From Eledone cirrhosa (lineage: Eukaryota): a stretch of 64,000 bases of DNA. Shown here in pieces: positions 25,526 to 41,679 of this stretch (position 1 is the stretch's first letter; every line of letters begins with the position of its first letter). The translations under genes and the position numbers were made by a program. The notes below the pieces were generated by a model. It had not been told where the DNA came from. It worked only from the letters and a program-made list of their open reading frames with translations, and ran no database searches. The DNA lies in the NCBI GenBank assembly GCA_964016885.1, contig OZ024750.1:23374001-23438000 (forward strand), given 5' to 3'.

Positions 25526-27902
25526 AAAAAGTACTATTTGGATGGAGTTCCTCCGTCCTTTGCCGAGTCTTGTATTTCATCCCACAGGGTGTCGAAATAT
25601 CACCCTCCTCACCAAGCAAGTTTGGTGGAGTTGCCGGTGGTGAGACAGGTTGTACTGGGTTACATGTTACCAGTAGCATTCGAGAACGACCTGACATATA
25701 TACTGATCTCAAATATATATAGTCAGACTGAAAAGCCGAGAGATAATAATAGGTTTGTATGAATGAATATATCATATGAATATACATACATATATTTATA
25801 TATATATATATGTGTGTATATATATATGTGTGTGTGTGTGTGTGTACACATATATATACACCCACACACATACAAACATATATATATATATACAGACATA
25901 TATCAAAAATACAAGATAAACTATGTGAAATTTATAAATGTTTTCCGTATCACTGAAAAGTTTTTACATCAACCTCTGGTCCATTTCAGACAAAACAAAT
26001 TATTCTCGACATTTATCGAAAGAACTATTTAACATTTCGTATTGTTGGGTGTATCTAATCGTTCCTTTAATTATTTATTCAATCTTTCATTGTTTTGGGT
26101 CGTTGTTCTTTTTCTTTCTACTGACTTGTTCTTCGCTCTTCCTTCCTCTCCATTTAAAGGCATTAAAACGTGAAGATAACATGGCGGCGTACTTAGCCCT
26201 ACACTTCCATTGCTGGTCCTGCTGATTATTCTCCTCATTATTATACCACCACTTTCCAAACATCTATTCCCTTTCTTTTATTACTCCTACCTACCCACCA
26301 CTTTTTTTTACTGCCTCTCGTTATATATTTTTTGTACTTGATAACAAGTATGTTCTTCTTCTTTTATGGATATCAGGTTTTTCACTGTTGTCAAGGTAAC
26401 TAGGTTATTATCGCGCGCAGATACCGACTAAACTTAATCATGAAAACTAAGAGGAATAAAAAAAAAAAAGAAAGAAAATGAAAATAAATAAGTAAATAAA
26501 CATCTATAATAGTGAAGATGAGGATAAATAGAAGCAGATAAACCCATTTTGAAATATTTCTAAAAAAAAATTGTTGAAAAGAAAAGAGTAAAAAAGATTA
26601 ACTACAGACTGCAACATAAAGAATTACGATAGAAGCAACTCAAAAAGGTTTCTAAAGGTCGTAATGGAAAGAGATGCCTCTTGCTCATTTGACCTCAATA
26701 TTCTAGCCAATGTAGTCGTCGACATCTGCGATTTTATCGTCTGAACCCCATCATTACTTCAACAGGAAGATGCCTGTAAGTCAATCTGTGGAAATTCAAT
26801 CGCGTTGTCCTTGTTACGATGCGGAGATGAAGATAGCCTGAAACAGCAGACGACAATTGAAAGGGCAATAGAAACAGCGATGGCGCCTTCGTTTCCAGAC
26901 AGCGAACCTATGTTTTAAAAAAAAGACAAAGACAGAGAGAGAGAGAGAGAAACAAACAACATAAAATTGTGTTCGTTTGTGTGTGTGTCTGTTTGTGGAG
27001 GGATGTAGGCTATGGAGAGGAAATATGTCTTCATAATAAATGAAGAAAAATCGATGAAGAAGAAAAATGACAGAAGAAGCAAGAAACACATTTATATAAA
27101 AAAAAAAGAGTAAAGAATGTAAAGTGAATGTTTTCCCCCCTTCTTTTTAGCTACTAAAGGTGTGTTAAAACAGAAATATATATAGCTAAAAAAAACAACT
27201 CAACTTAAGAACGAAATAAAAATAGTGTGCGCATGCGCATCAGCGTGGAGATTAAGTTGTCAATTTTTTTTCTTTTGTTTTTATTTTTCTGTCTTTCTAT
27301 ATTCTGTTTCTATTTGAAAGAAATAAGGAGAATTTAGGCTTCTTTGTCGAGGAAACACCATAAATGGTTGACTGTTAATAAACATGACAAGTTTAACGTT
27401 CTAGAGAGACACGGCATGATATATAGAAGGCACATATGTTACATACATATATATGTGTGTATACGTATATATATATATATATATATATACGTAGTTTTGC
27501 AAATAGTTATAAATTTATATATATACGAGTTTTGCAAATAGTTATAAATTTGCACATAGCATAACTAGGCTGTATAACCACCGTGGAAACATTTGTAAGC
27601 ACACGGAATAAATTACCTTTTTATGATGTCTACCTGTTATTATTCATTCTTTATATATATATATAATAAGGGTTGACGGACCCAGCATATATATATATAT
27701 GTGTGTATATGCATATATGTATGTATATATATATATATATATACGTATGCTTGTAGCTATATAACATATACACACACATATGTATACATATATATATATA
27801 CAAATATGTCTTAAATATACGAGTATATACGTATATATATATATATATGTATACATATGTATGCTTGAATATATATGTATATATATATATATATATATAC
27901 AC

Positions 27903-27958
<56 letters not shown>

Positions 27959-27966
27959 ACACACAG

Positions 27967-28022
<56 letters not shown>

Positions 28023-28133
28023 GGTGGTAGTACTGGTGTTGATGTTGATGATGTTGGTGGTGTTTTTACTTTCTGATTTTCATCTCAGAAATCTGAATAT
28101 CATTAACGACAGATTACACCAATCAAAGTTTAG

Positions 28134-28164
<31 letters not shown>

Positions 28165-28203
28165 TATATTCATATAAATATATAAATATATATATTTATA
28201 TAC

Positions 28204-28242
<39 letters not shown>

Positions 28243-28391
28243 CAGACAGACAGATAGATAGATGCGTGTGGGTGTGTATGTATATATATATATATATATA
28301 TAAACACACACACACATCCATATATTCACGTTTAAATATCGCGTTTACGTGAACAGGTGCTTGTGTCCGCGCGTGCGTTTATATATGTATA

Positions 28392-28732
28392 CAGTGGAAC
28401 CTCGGTTCACGAACCTTACATCACGAACAAATGGGGTCATGAACCATTTTTCCGAAAAGGTCTCGGTTCACGAGCGGTATCTCGACTAACGAACACCCAA
28501 ACCGGCAACAACGACTGGCAACAAGCTTACAGTATCGGCAGGAAAGCATCACTTGATGTGTAGTTAGTTATTGTGGTGATATCTATCTGTCTTTCACACA
28601 CAGTCTCTCTCTCTCTCCCACTGTAATTCTCCCCCAACATTTCGTATTCGAAAAGTAGTTTCGGTTTCCGAACATTTCGGGTGGCGAACGGCTTTCAGGG
28701 ACGAATTATGTTAGTCAACCGAGGTTCCATTG
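28392..28732. mobile_element. pogo/Tigger-like MITE (~340 bp)
   Basis: TA|CAGTGGAACCTCGGTTCACGAAC ... GTTAGTCAACCGAGGTTCCATTG|TA. Confidence 0.88.
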
Positions 28733-28789
28733 TATATAATTTTTACTGGTTTCTTTACTGCGGTCATGCTGGGGCCCTGCAATATGTAC

Positions 28790-29448
<659 letters not shown>

Positions 29449-29451
<3 letters not shown>

Positions 29452-29583
29452 GAATCCTGATGATTTCTAAAGAATGAAACAGTTCTAGTCCTGTAGAATC
29501 TCATCTATATTAAAACTTTTATACTCTGCAATGTATTGAGTACCTTACTTACTGTGGTTACCTCCGATTCAACCCGGAATAAC
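29449..29583 (+). mobile_element. Penelope-like pLTR fragment with a degenerate hammerhead motif; second copy at 46880-47016(-)
   Basis: Both copies read CAGGAA..CCTGATGATTTC....GAATGAAACAGTTCTAGTCCTGTAGAA..TATACTCTGC.ATGTATTGAGTAC.TTACTTACTGTGGTTACCT and end at TA-rich tracts. Confidence 0.65.
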
Positions 29584-29584
29584 G

Positions 29585-29657
<73 letters not shown>

Positions 29658-29792
29658 TGTGTGTGTGTGTGTGTATGTATGTGTGCGTATATGTATGCAT
29701 GGGTGTGCGTATGCGTGTGTGTATGCGTGCGTGCGTGGTAGGGTGATAAATTTAAAGAAATTTCAACTACATAAAGCTTTGTTTGTTTCACT

Positions 29793-29830
29793 CCTGCTGC
29801 TACTATTACTACTGCTATTACTACTACTAT

Positions 29831-29873
<43 letters not shown>

Positions 29874-30078
29874 GGTGTTGCTGCTGCTGCTATGGCTGCT
29901 GCTGCTGCTTTTCTATCGACTGCTATCCATCTAGTATCATCTGTAACATCAAGAATATTTCAATCATCAACATTATCCTCCACCTCCGCCTCCTCCACCT
30001 GCCCCTCCTCATCCTCCTCCTCCTCCTCAACATCATCATTGTCATCATCATCATCATTAACATCACCATCACCGCCGC

Positions 30079-30110
<32 letters not shown>

Positions 30111-30153
30111 ACATCAATCTCATCAACATCATCAACATCAACCTCATCAGAAC

Positions 30154-30184
<31 letters not shown>

Positions 30185-30320
30185 GTCGTCTTTCGTCATC
30201 ACGCTTACCACTGTCATTTTATTAATTACCATCATCCTGATCACCATTATCAACCCCCCCCCATCATCACCACTACCACCAACACCAGCATGATCAGCAC
30301 TTCCTTTACCATCCACAACC
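29793..30320 (+). repeat. compound trinucleotide repeats (CTA)n, (CTG)n, (CCT)n and (CAT)n
   Basis: Seen directly. They grade into the satellite. Confidence 0.92.
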
Positions 30321-33300
30321 CCACCACCACCACCACCACCACCACCCCCAACACAAACAACAAAGCCATCACCACCATTACTTCTACCACCACCACCACC
30401 ATCCCCAACACAAACAACAACGCCATCACCACCATTACTTCTACCACCACCACCACCACCCCCAACACAAACAACAACACCATCACCACCATTACTTCTA
30501 CCACCACCACCACCACCCCCAACACAAACAACAACACCATCACCACCATTACTTCTACCACCACCACCCCCAACACAAACAACAACGCCATCACCACCAT
30601 TACTTCTACCACCACCACCACCACCCCCAACACAAACAACAACACCATCACCACCATTACTTCTACCACCACCACCCCCAACACAAACAACAACGCCATC
30701 ACCACCATTACTTCTACCACCACCACCACCACCCCCAACACAAACAACAACACCATCACCACCATTACTTCTACCACCACCACCACCCCCAACACAAACA
30801 ACAACACCATCACCACCATTACTTCTAACCCCCCCCCCCAACACAAACAACAACACCATCACCACCATTACTTCTACCACCACCATCCCCCAACACAAAC
30901 AACAACAGCATCACCACCATTACCTCTACCACCACCACCACCTCCAACACAAACAACAACACCATCACCACCACACCACCTCCAACACAAACAACAACAC
31001 CATCACCACCATTACTTCTACCACCACCACCACCACCACCACCCCAACACAAACAACAACACCATCACCACCATTACTTCTACCACCACCACCATCCCCC
31101 AACACAAACAACAACACCATCACCACCATTACTTCTACCACCACCACCACCCCAACACAAACAACAACACCATCACCACCATTACTTCTACCACCACCAT
31201 CCCCCAACACAAACAACAACACCATCACCACCATTACTTCCACCACCACTACCCCCCAACACAAACAACAACACCATCACCACCATTACTCCTACCATCA
31301 CCCCACCCACCCCCAACACAAACAACAACACCATCACCACCATTACTTCTACCACCACCACCCCAACACAAACAACAACACCATCACCACCATTACTTCT
31401 ACCACCACCCCACCCACCCCCAACACAAACAACAACACCATCACCACCATTACTTCTACCACCACCACCCCAACACAAACAACAACACCATCACCACCAT
31501 TACTTCTACCACCACCATCCCCCAACACAAACAACAACACCATCACCACCATTACTTCTACCACCACCACCACCCCAACACAAACAACAACACCATCACC
31601 ACCATTACTTCTACCACCACCACCACCACCCCAACACAAACAACAACACCATCACCACCATTACTTCTACCACCACCACCACCACCCCCAACACAAACAA
31701 CAACACCATCACCACCATTACTTCTACCACCACCACCACCACCCCAACACAAACAACAACACCATCACCACCATTACTTCTACCACCACCACCACCGCAA
31801 CACAAACAACAACACCATCACCACCATTACTTCTACCACCACCAGCCCCAACACAAACAACAACACCATCACCACCATTACTTCTACCACCACCAGCCCC
31901 AACACAAACAACAACACCATCACCACCATTACTTCTACCACCACCACCCCAACACAAACAACAACACCATCACCACCATTACTTCTACCACCACCATCCC
32001 CCAACACAAACAACAACACCATCACCACCATTACTTCTACCACCACCCCCAACACAAACAACAACACCATCACCACCATTACTTCTACCACCACCACCAC
32101 CACCCCAACACAAACAACAACACCATCACCACCATTACTTCTACCACCACCACCACCACCCCAACACAAACAACAACACCATCACCACCATTACTTCTAC
32201 CACCACCACCACCCCAACACAAACAACAACACCATCACCACCATTACTTCTACCACCACCACCACCCCAACACAAACAACAACACCATCACCACCATTAC
32301 TTCTACCACCACCACCCCCAACACAAACAACAACACCATCACCACCATTACTTCTACCACCACCACCACCCCAACACAAACAACAACACCATCACCACCA
32401 TTACTTCTACCACCACCACCCACAACACAAACAACAACACCATCACCACCATTACTTCTACCACCACCACCCCCAACACAAACAACAACACCATCACCAC
32501 CATTACTTCTACCACCACCATCCCCCAACACAAACAACAACACCATCACCACCATTACTTCTACCACCACCCCCAACACAAACAACAACACCATCACCAC
32601 CATTACTTCTACCACCACCACCACCACCCCAACACAAACAACAACACCATCACCACCATTACTTCTACCACCACCACCACCACCCCCAACACAAACAACA
32701 ACACCATCACCACCATTACTTCTACCACCACCACCACCCCAACACAAACAACAACACCATCACCACCATTACTTCTACCACCACCAGCCCCAACACAAAC
32801 AACAACACCATCACCACCATTACTTCTAACCCCCCCCCCCCTCCAACACAAACAACAACACCATCACCACCATTACTTCTACCACCACCACCCCCAACAC
32901 AAACAACAACACCATCACCACCATTACTTCTACCACCACCACCCCCAACACAAACAACAACACCATCACCACCATTACTTCTACCACCACCACCCCCAAC
33001 ACAAACAACAACACCATCACCACCATTACTTCTACCACCACCACCCCCAACACAAACAACAACACCATCACCACCATTACTTCTACCACCACCACCCCCA
33101 ACACAAACAACAACACCATCACCACCATTACTTCTACCACCACCACCACCCCAACACAAACAACAACACCATCACCACCATTACTTCTACCACCACCAGC
33201 CCCAACACAAACAACAACACCATCACCACCATTACTTCTAACCCCCCCCCCCTCCAACACAAACAACAACACCATCACCACCATTACTTCTACCACCACC

Positions 33301-35520
33301 ACCCCCAACACAAACAACAACACCATCACCACCATTACTTCTACCACCACCACCCCCAACACAAACAACAACACCATCACCACCATTACTTCTACCACCA
33401 CCACCCCCAACACAAACAACAACACCATCACCACCATTACTTCTACCACCACCACCCCCAACACAAACAACAACACCATCACCACCATTACTTCTACCAC
33501 CACCACCCCCAACACAAACAACAACACCATCACCACCATTACTTCTACCACCACCACCACCCCAACACAAACAACAACGCCATCACCACCATTACTTCTA
33601 CCACCACCACCACCCCAACACAAACAACAACACCATCACCACCATTACTTCTACCACCACCACCACCACCCCAACACAAACAACAACACCATCACCACCA
33701 TCACTTCTACCCCCACCACCCCCAACACAAACAACAACACCATCACCACCATTACTTCTACCACCACCACCACCCCCAACACAAACAACAACACCATCAC
33801 CACCATTACTTCTACCACCACCACCACCACCACCCCAACACAAACAACAACACCATCACCACCATTACTTCTACCACCACCATCCCCGAACACAAACAAC
33901 AACACCATCACCACCATTACTTCAACCACCACCACCCACAACACAAACAACAACACCATCACCACCATTACTTCAACCACCACCACCCCCAACACAAACA
34001 ACAACACCATCACCACCATTACTTCTACCACCACCATCCCCCAACACAAACAACAACACCATCACCACCATTACTTCTACCACCACCCCCAACACAAACA
34101 ACAACACCATCACCACCATTACTTCTACCACCACCACCACCACCCCAACACAAACAACAACACCATCACCACCATTACTTCTACCACCACCACCACCACC
34201 CCCAACACAAACAACAACACCATCACCACCATTACTTCTACCACCACCACCACCCCAACACAAACAACAACACCATCACCACCATTACTTCTACCACCAC
34301 CAGCCCCAACACAAACAACAACACCATCACCACCATTACTTCTAACCCCCCCCCCCCTCCAACACAAACAACAACACCATCACCACCATTACTTCTACCA
34401 CCACCACCCCCAACACAAACAACAACACCATCACCACCATTACTTCTACCACCACCACCCCCAACACAAACAACAACACCATCACCACCATTACTTCTAC
34501 CACCACCACCCCCAACACAAACAACAACACCATCACCACCATTACTTCTACCACCACCACCCCCAACACAAACAACAACACCATCACCACCATTACTTCT
34601 ACCACCACCACCCCCAACACAAACAACAACACCATCACCACCATTACTTCTACCACCACCACCACCCCAACACAAACAACAACGCCATCACCACCATTAC
34701 TTCTACCACCACCACCACCCCAACACAAACAACAACACCATCACCACCATTACTTCTACCACCACCACCACCACCCCAACACAAACAACAACACCATCAC
34801 CACCATCACTTCTACCCCCACCACCCCCAACACAAACAACAACACCATCACCACCATTACTTCTACCACCACCACCACCCCCAACACAAACAACAACACC
34901 ATCACCACCATTACTTCTACCACCACCACCACCACCACCCCAACACAAACAACAACACCATCACCACCATTACTTCTACCACCACCATCCCCGAACACAA
35001 ACAACAACACCATCACCACCATTACTTCAACCACCACCACCCACAACACAAACAACAACACCATCACCACCATTACTTCAACCACCACCACCCACAACAC
35101 AAACAACACCATCACCACCATTACTTCTACCACCACCACCACCACCCCCCAACACAAACAACAACACCATCACCACCATTACTTCAACCACCACCACCCA
35201 CAACACAAACAACACCATCACCACCATTACTTCTACCACCACCACCCCCAACACAAACAACAACACCACCACCATCCCTCAACACAAACAACAACACCAT
35301 CACCACCATTACTTCTACCACCACCACCCCAACACAAACAACAACACCATCACCACCATTACTTCTACCACCACCACCCCCAACACAAACACAAACAACA
35401 ACACCACCACCATCCCTCAACACAAACAACAACACCATCACCACCATTACTTCCACCACCACTACTACCACCACCACCACCACCACTACCACCACCAACA
35501 ACAACAACAACAACAACAAC
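30320..35520 (+). repeat. ~50-56 bp satellite (CCAACACAAACAACAACACCATCACCACCATTACTTCT(ACC)n), about 100 units
   Basis: Invariant core with a variable (ACC)n/C-run linker. The linker shifts frame between units. Confidence 0.97.
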
Positions 35521-36226
35521 CACACAATAACCATTATTACCATCAACAGCGACATCAGATAGCTAAGTTCTCATCAATACCTAAACCGTTTTCACAAAGA
35601 TTTCCCTCCCACGACGTTTGTATGTTGTGGTTGTTGTATGTTGTATACAGTGTCGCCCGCATAGCTAGCTAGAAGGGGTAGTTAGTCCCCCACCCCCAGA
35701 CGGCACTTTTTGGAGGGAGCACCACTTTTCGTGTATAACTGTGTTATGGTGGGCGACAAGACACACGGACCGACACTCCCAGACCTCTGTTGTGTTCACC
35801 ATACCTTCCTTACCAGAATGTTGTTTGCACAGAAAAAAAAAAAAGAAGAAAAAAAACACCACGAATCTACATGGACCTCCATCGGTTTCGACGATGAGTA
35901 CTCCAGCTGTTCGATCAACGGATCAGCCTGCCGAACCTATAGCGGCGAAGACTTCTGGCGTTCTTTGTTCCCGTACCACCTCCCTACTTACTCTTTGCTA
36001 TTGTTGCGGAGTTGGCCACCCACGGGATTTAGCGCCGCGAGTTGGAATGGCTGGCTATTTCAACGCATGCATCTCTTTCTGCTGAAACCACAAGGCGGCT
36101 TGTGCCTTGGGCTCTGCGCACCAGAGGGCGTTCTCCCACGCTATCCGAGTTTGTATCATTGGAGTAGCGATAGTATAGGTTGATGATATATTTAAATGTA
36201 TTCACACAAACGTTCGCGCACGCATG

Positions 36227-36257
<31 letters not shown>

Positions 36258-37640
36258 ATACACACACACGCACGCACCAGCTTAATATATTATTTATATA
36301 CCAGCCTGCTCAGAAATATAACTTGTGATTAAACATGCCACAGATGCATGTACCCTTAATGTAATTCTCAGGGAGAGCCAGCGTGGTATAATGTATAACA
36401 AGGCTAACTGACCCTCTGACGAGCTTTCAAACGGTTTTCCTCAACCCAATTTTACTCAAAAGGGGTGGTTAGACCCGAGGCTATAGAAATTAATATTTGC
36501 CCAATACGCCACGGAGTGAAATCGAACACGGAACCCCTTGATCGCTAAGCGAACTTCTTAACCAGTCAACCACAGGGTGAATGAATTGACTTAACAGTTA
36601 AAATAAAATAAATGATGACCATTCTAACCAGGACTGATTTAAGGCCAACTTGGGTGGCTCTCGAACTCCCTAATGACCTTCTTCCTCCTTGGTCCCCTTC
36701 AAATTAGAGCAGGGACCCTCAAGTTTTTAGATTATTGTCACCTTCCTGGAGTCTTTGTTCCATCATCCCCCACCCAGTCTGTACAAAAATAAATAACTAA
36801 ATTACTAAAACAGTAAACAAAATATACATATAGACAATAAAGACTAATTATATAAAAAAAAAAAACTTGTATAGAGCATGATTGGCAAGGCGGTGAATCG
36901 GCAGTATCGGTAGAGGGTCGGACGCCATGCTTTAACGCATAGAGTTACGGCCTTTGCTATACTGAGTTCAAATCCCACCGAGGTTAACTTTGCCTTTCAT
37001 CCTTACGGGATCGATAAAATAAAGTACCAGTAATGCACTGGATAATTGCTGGCCTTCTTATAGAAGTACCAAGGTTCAGTTGACCCCGAGGGTCGATATC
37101 GACCATTGTGGGACCTCACTGTCTCCTCACTTTACTTTTTCTACCACTATACAGTGATTTCCACCCTTTAGAGTCAGTTGTTCTCTTATCATTGCCATTA
37201 ATGGTTTCTAGTAAAGGTTTCGAGGCCAGAAATGTAAGGCGACCCCAATACTGAGAAAGACAACCAGGTGCAGAGGGTAACTAAGAGAGTCTACAATGCT
37301 AAACTAAAAAATCTTAATGGAGTTCTGCTACATTTGTAAGTCTGATAGCTAGGCTTTGACTCCTGATAGATGGGTATTGATTTTGTCCTGTCAGTGTGTC
37401 CTTCCAGCCTACACACATTATGGTGTGACCCTAAAGTGACTTTGCGGGTTTAGTTTCCAACTGTCCGATCATTAAGCAGGTAGCACAACTGATTTGCGTG
37501 ATTACCAGTAGATCATTTGATCTGGCCTTACCCTGAAGCTAGAAACTTACCCAGAGGTGTAAGACAAGAAGGCTTTTTCAACTGGAGTCAAAATAGAATC
37601 GTGTGACACTGAGATTTTAAGACTGACAGGCGACATCGTC

Positions 37641-37748
<108 letters not shown>

Positions 37749-38159
37749 CGTGTGTGTGTGCGTGTGTGTGTGTGTGTGCGTGTGTGTGTTTAGAATAGCA
37801 AAGACTGCATCATAAATCCTAACCTCCCAATTCGGGGCCAGATGATGCTCAGTTGACTCAGTTGAGGCCCACTGTGTGTATGTATATAATATGTATATAA
37901 AATATATATATAATATATTTTATATATATATATACTTGGGGAGGGTCATATTTGTGTAATAATATTGCCAGAATTAATAACAGAACACACTCACTGTTTG
38001 GTTGGTTTTCGCTTCTGTGTCTTTTATATCGGTTAATTTAATTTATTCGGTCCTCAATGTTACCATTGACTGACCAACGGTCAAAAATACAGATACAATA
38101 TAGACACAAACACATATATATAGTCTAACAAAGTTCTTTCATATATATATCAGTATACA

Positions 38160-38453
38160 CTGAGGATGAAAAACTCAGAGCTGTATGGGAGCATCCCAAA
38201 AGTCAGCTCAAAAGTGACACAGAGGAGACTGAGGTTGGCTGGACATGCTCACCGACATCCAGAGTTGACATTGCACTCAGTTCTCCTTTGGGAGCCCCTA
38301 CATGGACACACTAGAAGAGGAAGACCAAGGTTAACATATGTTGATGCCCTAAGGACAGACACTGGTCTGTTGGAGATGCAGGATATGGCAGCGATAATGA
38401 GGGACAGAGACCGCTGGAGAGAACTCGTCCATGGATCTCGGGAATTTTACCCG

Positions 38454-38458
<5 letters not shown>
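38160..38458 (+). mobile_element. 3' end of an RTE-clade LINE ending in (TA)n
   Basis: NSELYGSIPKVSSKVTQRRLRLAGHAHRHPE..LLWEPLHGHTRRGRPRLTYVDALRTDTGL..MRDRDRW carries the RTE C-terminal RRLRxAGH and RGRP motifs. Confidence 0.9.
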
Positions 38459-38508
<50 letters not shown>

Positions 38509-38736
38509 ATATTAACAAATGGAAACTATATTTATAAAACCATATTTATTTCATTATACATATTTCAAGGGCCACCAGAGCAAACTATGGTGCGCTTTCA
38601 TCAGATAAAATATAATATAGGTTAGTTTTATAAATAAATATTGACATACCCTTAAAAAATGCAACCATTCTGGTTGGAATCTCCTGGATAGATAAATATT
38701 TAGCTTGTTGTATCCCAACAAATTAAATATAACCTC

Positions 38737-38818
<82 letters not shown>

Positions 38819-38967
38819 TAGTATCAGTAGAGCGTCAGAGACCATGCTTGGCAACATAGAGTTATGGCCCTTTACGATCTGAGTTCAAATCTTTCATCCT
38901 TACGAGGTCGATAAAGTACCAGTAATGCACTGAGATAATTGCTGGCCTTGTGCCAAAAGTAGAAACG

Positions 38968-39029
<62 letters not shown>

Positions 39030-40391
39030 CTCTCTCTCTAAATATACATACATACATATATACTAATATAGATAAATATTCTAGACACGTCCTCCACATA
39101 CGCACACAGATCCCTGAGCATGGCTAATGCCCCCCACCCCCACCCCAAGACTTATTATTAATCATAAAGATTGTTTTAGCCTGATATAAAAGATTATTGA
39201 CCAAGCGACAAGCAATGAGTGGAATATGTAATAAATGTGGCCACGAAGAAATGTTGCACCAATGAAGCATTAGATTTGTTGCTTCACATTTGCTTGGCTG
39301 TCTGACTCTTTGCTATGTAGTTCAAAAATGCTTTGACTTATATTAAGCCTCTGTAATTATTACTTAACGACAGGGCAGTGGATCGACAGTATCGGTGAAG
39401 CGCCGGACGCCATACTTTGCACCATAGAGTTACGGTCCTTTACGATCTGAGTTCAAAGCCCGCCGGGGTTAACTTTGCCTTTCATCCTTACGGGGATCGA
39501 TAAAATAAAGTACCAGTAATGAACTGAGATAATTGCTGGCCTTGTGCCAAAAGTAGAAGCAATTATTATAGAGGATTGGCAGTATCGATAGAGGGTCGGA
39601 CGCCATTCTTTGCAGCATAGAGTTACGGTCCTTTACGATCTGAGTTCAAATCCCGCTGAGGTTAATTTTGCCGTTCATCCTTATGGGGTCGATAAAATAA
39701 AGTACCAGTAATGCACTGGGGCAATTGCTGGCTTCGCGCCAACAATTATTACTTAACGACAGAAATGTTAAAATCTAACAGACCACAGTCCTCCGGGGAA
39801 ACGCCTTCTCCATTCTGTCCACCGGGGCTGTGGGTGAGCCCCATCGCGTACCATTGTAGTTGTTGTATACATATATTAACTCATCAATCCTATTGTCCTA
39901 ATAATAGATTTTATTGTTCTTTATTTTTGGTTTTATTAATACAGATTGTCTTTTCGATTATGTGTGTTGTGTTCCTGAGCAAAACACTTCTTTTTCCCGT
40001 TGCTCCAGTACTCTCAACTGAAAATGAGTACCTGCAATAGCTGAGAGTTTAAGCCCGCGATCGACTGGCATCCTGTCCAGGTGGGAGTATTGTACACTCA
40101 GTCACTTAAAGCCATGGAAACCAAGATAAACACTGGCTTGATGAGCCTCCGGACTTGAGACAAACCTTAGACTTTAGAGAGACATTACGTTTAACCACAT
40201 TATCACCATATTTATAATGAAATACACTGTCTATAATTTTCGAATCACATTGAAAATGATTAAGAATTTGGAGAGATTTTTGTAAAATAACTAGCTTTCT
40301 AATTATTTATATGGTGTTCTTCTTAGAGAAAATTACGATGGAAGGTTTTTAGATAAACATAAACGCAAACCCTTTTGTTACCATATTTCTA

Positions 40392-41039
40392 ATGGCATGG
40401 CATGGCACAGTATGGCATGGTATGGTATGGCATGGTACGGCATTGCATGGTATGGTATGGTATGGCGTGGCATGGTATGGTATGGATGACATGGTATGGT
40501 ATGGTATATGATACGGTATGGCATGGTATGGTATATGACACGGTATGGCATGGTATGGCATGGTATGGTATGGTATGGTATGGTATGGCATGGAATGGTA
40601 TGGTATGATATGACATGGTATGGTATGGTATTGTATGGTATGGCAGGGCATGGTATGGCATGGCATGGTATGGTATGGTATGACATGGTATGGTATGGTA
40701 TGGTATGGTATGGTATGATATGGCATGGTATGGTATGGTATGACATGGTATGACACGGTATGGCATGACATGGTATGGTATGGTATGACATGGTATGGTA
40801 CGGCATGGCATGGTATGGTATGGTATGGCATGGAATGGTATGGTATGGTATGGCATAGTACGGTATGGCATAGTATGGTATGGTATGACATGCTATGACA
40901 GGGCATGGTATGGCATGGTATGGTATGGTATGGCATGGTATGACAGGGTATGATATGGCATAGTATGGTATGATATGGTATGGTATGGCATGGTATGATA
41001 TGGTATGGCATGGTATGGTATGGCATGGTATGGTATGGT
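40392..41039 (+). repeat. (TGGTA/TGGCA)n pentanucleotide satellite
   Basis: Seen directly. Confidence 0.96.
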
Positions 41040-41438
41040 CCCGTAACTCCTAAGGGAGTCGTAAGGGCGCCATATTAACATACGACGTTTCTAAGGCACT
41101 TTTTAAACCTGGCGGAGCCCAATCGTCTCTAGATCTGAATACAGCAGATTTCTTCCAGAGAAGGATACAGGGAGTGAGAGAATGGAAGTGAGAAAGAGAT
41201 ATAGAGGAAGAATCGACCCCTGTGCTAGACTGGTACTTGACCTCGGCGGAATCTGAATTCAGAGAGCAGAGAGCCGAAACAAATACTAAATGAACGGAGT
41301 TCAAAACATTTTGAAAATAATTCAGAATTCGGGTTGGAGGATCGTAATATACCTAAGTTTTTCATTATTTATCTGGTGTTTGGAGCTTAACTTAACGAGG
41401 GTTCTTACACAAAATTATGATCGGAGGTTTTCATTCGA

Positions 41439-41679
41439 ACCCTTTTGTTACCGTATTTCTAAAGAAAGACATTGCCTATATATAACTTTCATGTAATTGT
41501 GAAAATAATTAAGAATTTGGAGGGACTTAGTAAAATACCTAAATTTATCATTATTTATCTGGTGTTTGAAGCATAACACATATGAAATGTATTTAGATAC
41601 ATATAAACACTTTAAAATAAATAGTTTTATATCACAGAGCTTTGGTCAGATTCAGGCGGTTTGGTATCAAAAGTTTTAA
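41439..41679. mobile_element. piggyBac-like (TTAA-type) MITE; related pieces at ~15545-15830, 40190-40392 and 41305-41438
   Basis: Ends are ACCCTTTTGTTACC ... GGTATCAAAAGTTTTAA. Copies share the body GAAAATAATTAAGAATTTGGAG..TGGTGTTTGAAGCATAAC. Confidence 0.6.

Noticed and set aside
29783-33241. 1152-aa ORF rich in T/N/H/P
   Set aside because: It is the translation of a stop-poor satellite. Unit lengths are not multiples of three, so the peptide cycles through all frames.
30320-35520. CRISPR-like repeat/spacer appearance of the tandem arrays (also 23865-25010 and the SINE arrays)
   Set aside because: There are no unique spacers, only variable (ACC)n linkers, no cas genes, and the context is eukaryotic.
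36689-36702. 14-nt match to the 5' part of miR-133 (TTGGTCCCCTTCAA)
   Set aside because: The sequence diverges after 14 nt and I see no complementary arm to form a pre-miRNA hairpin.
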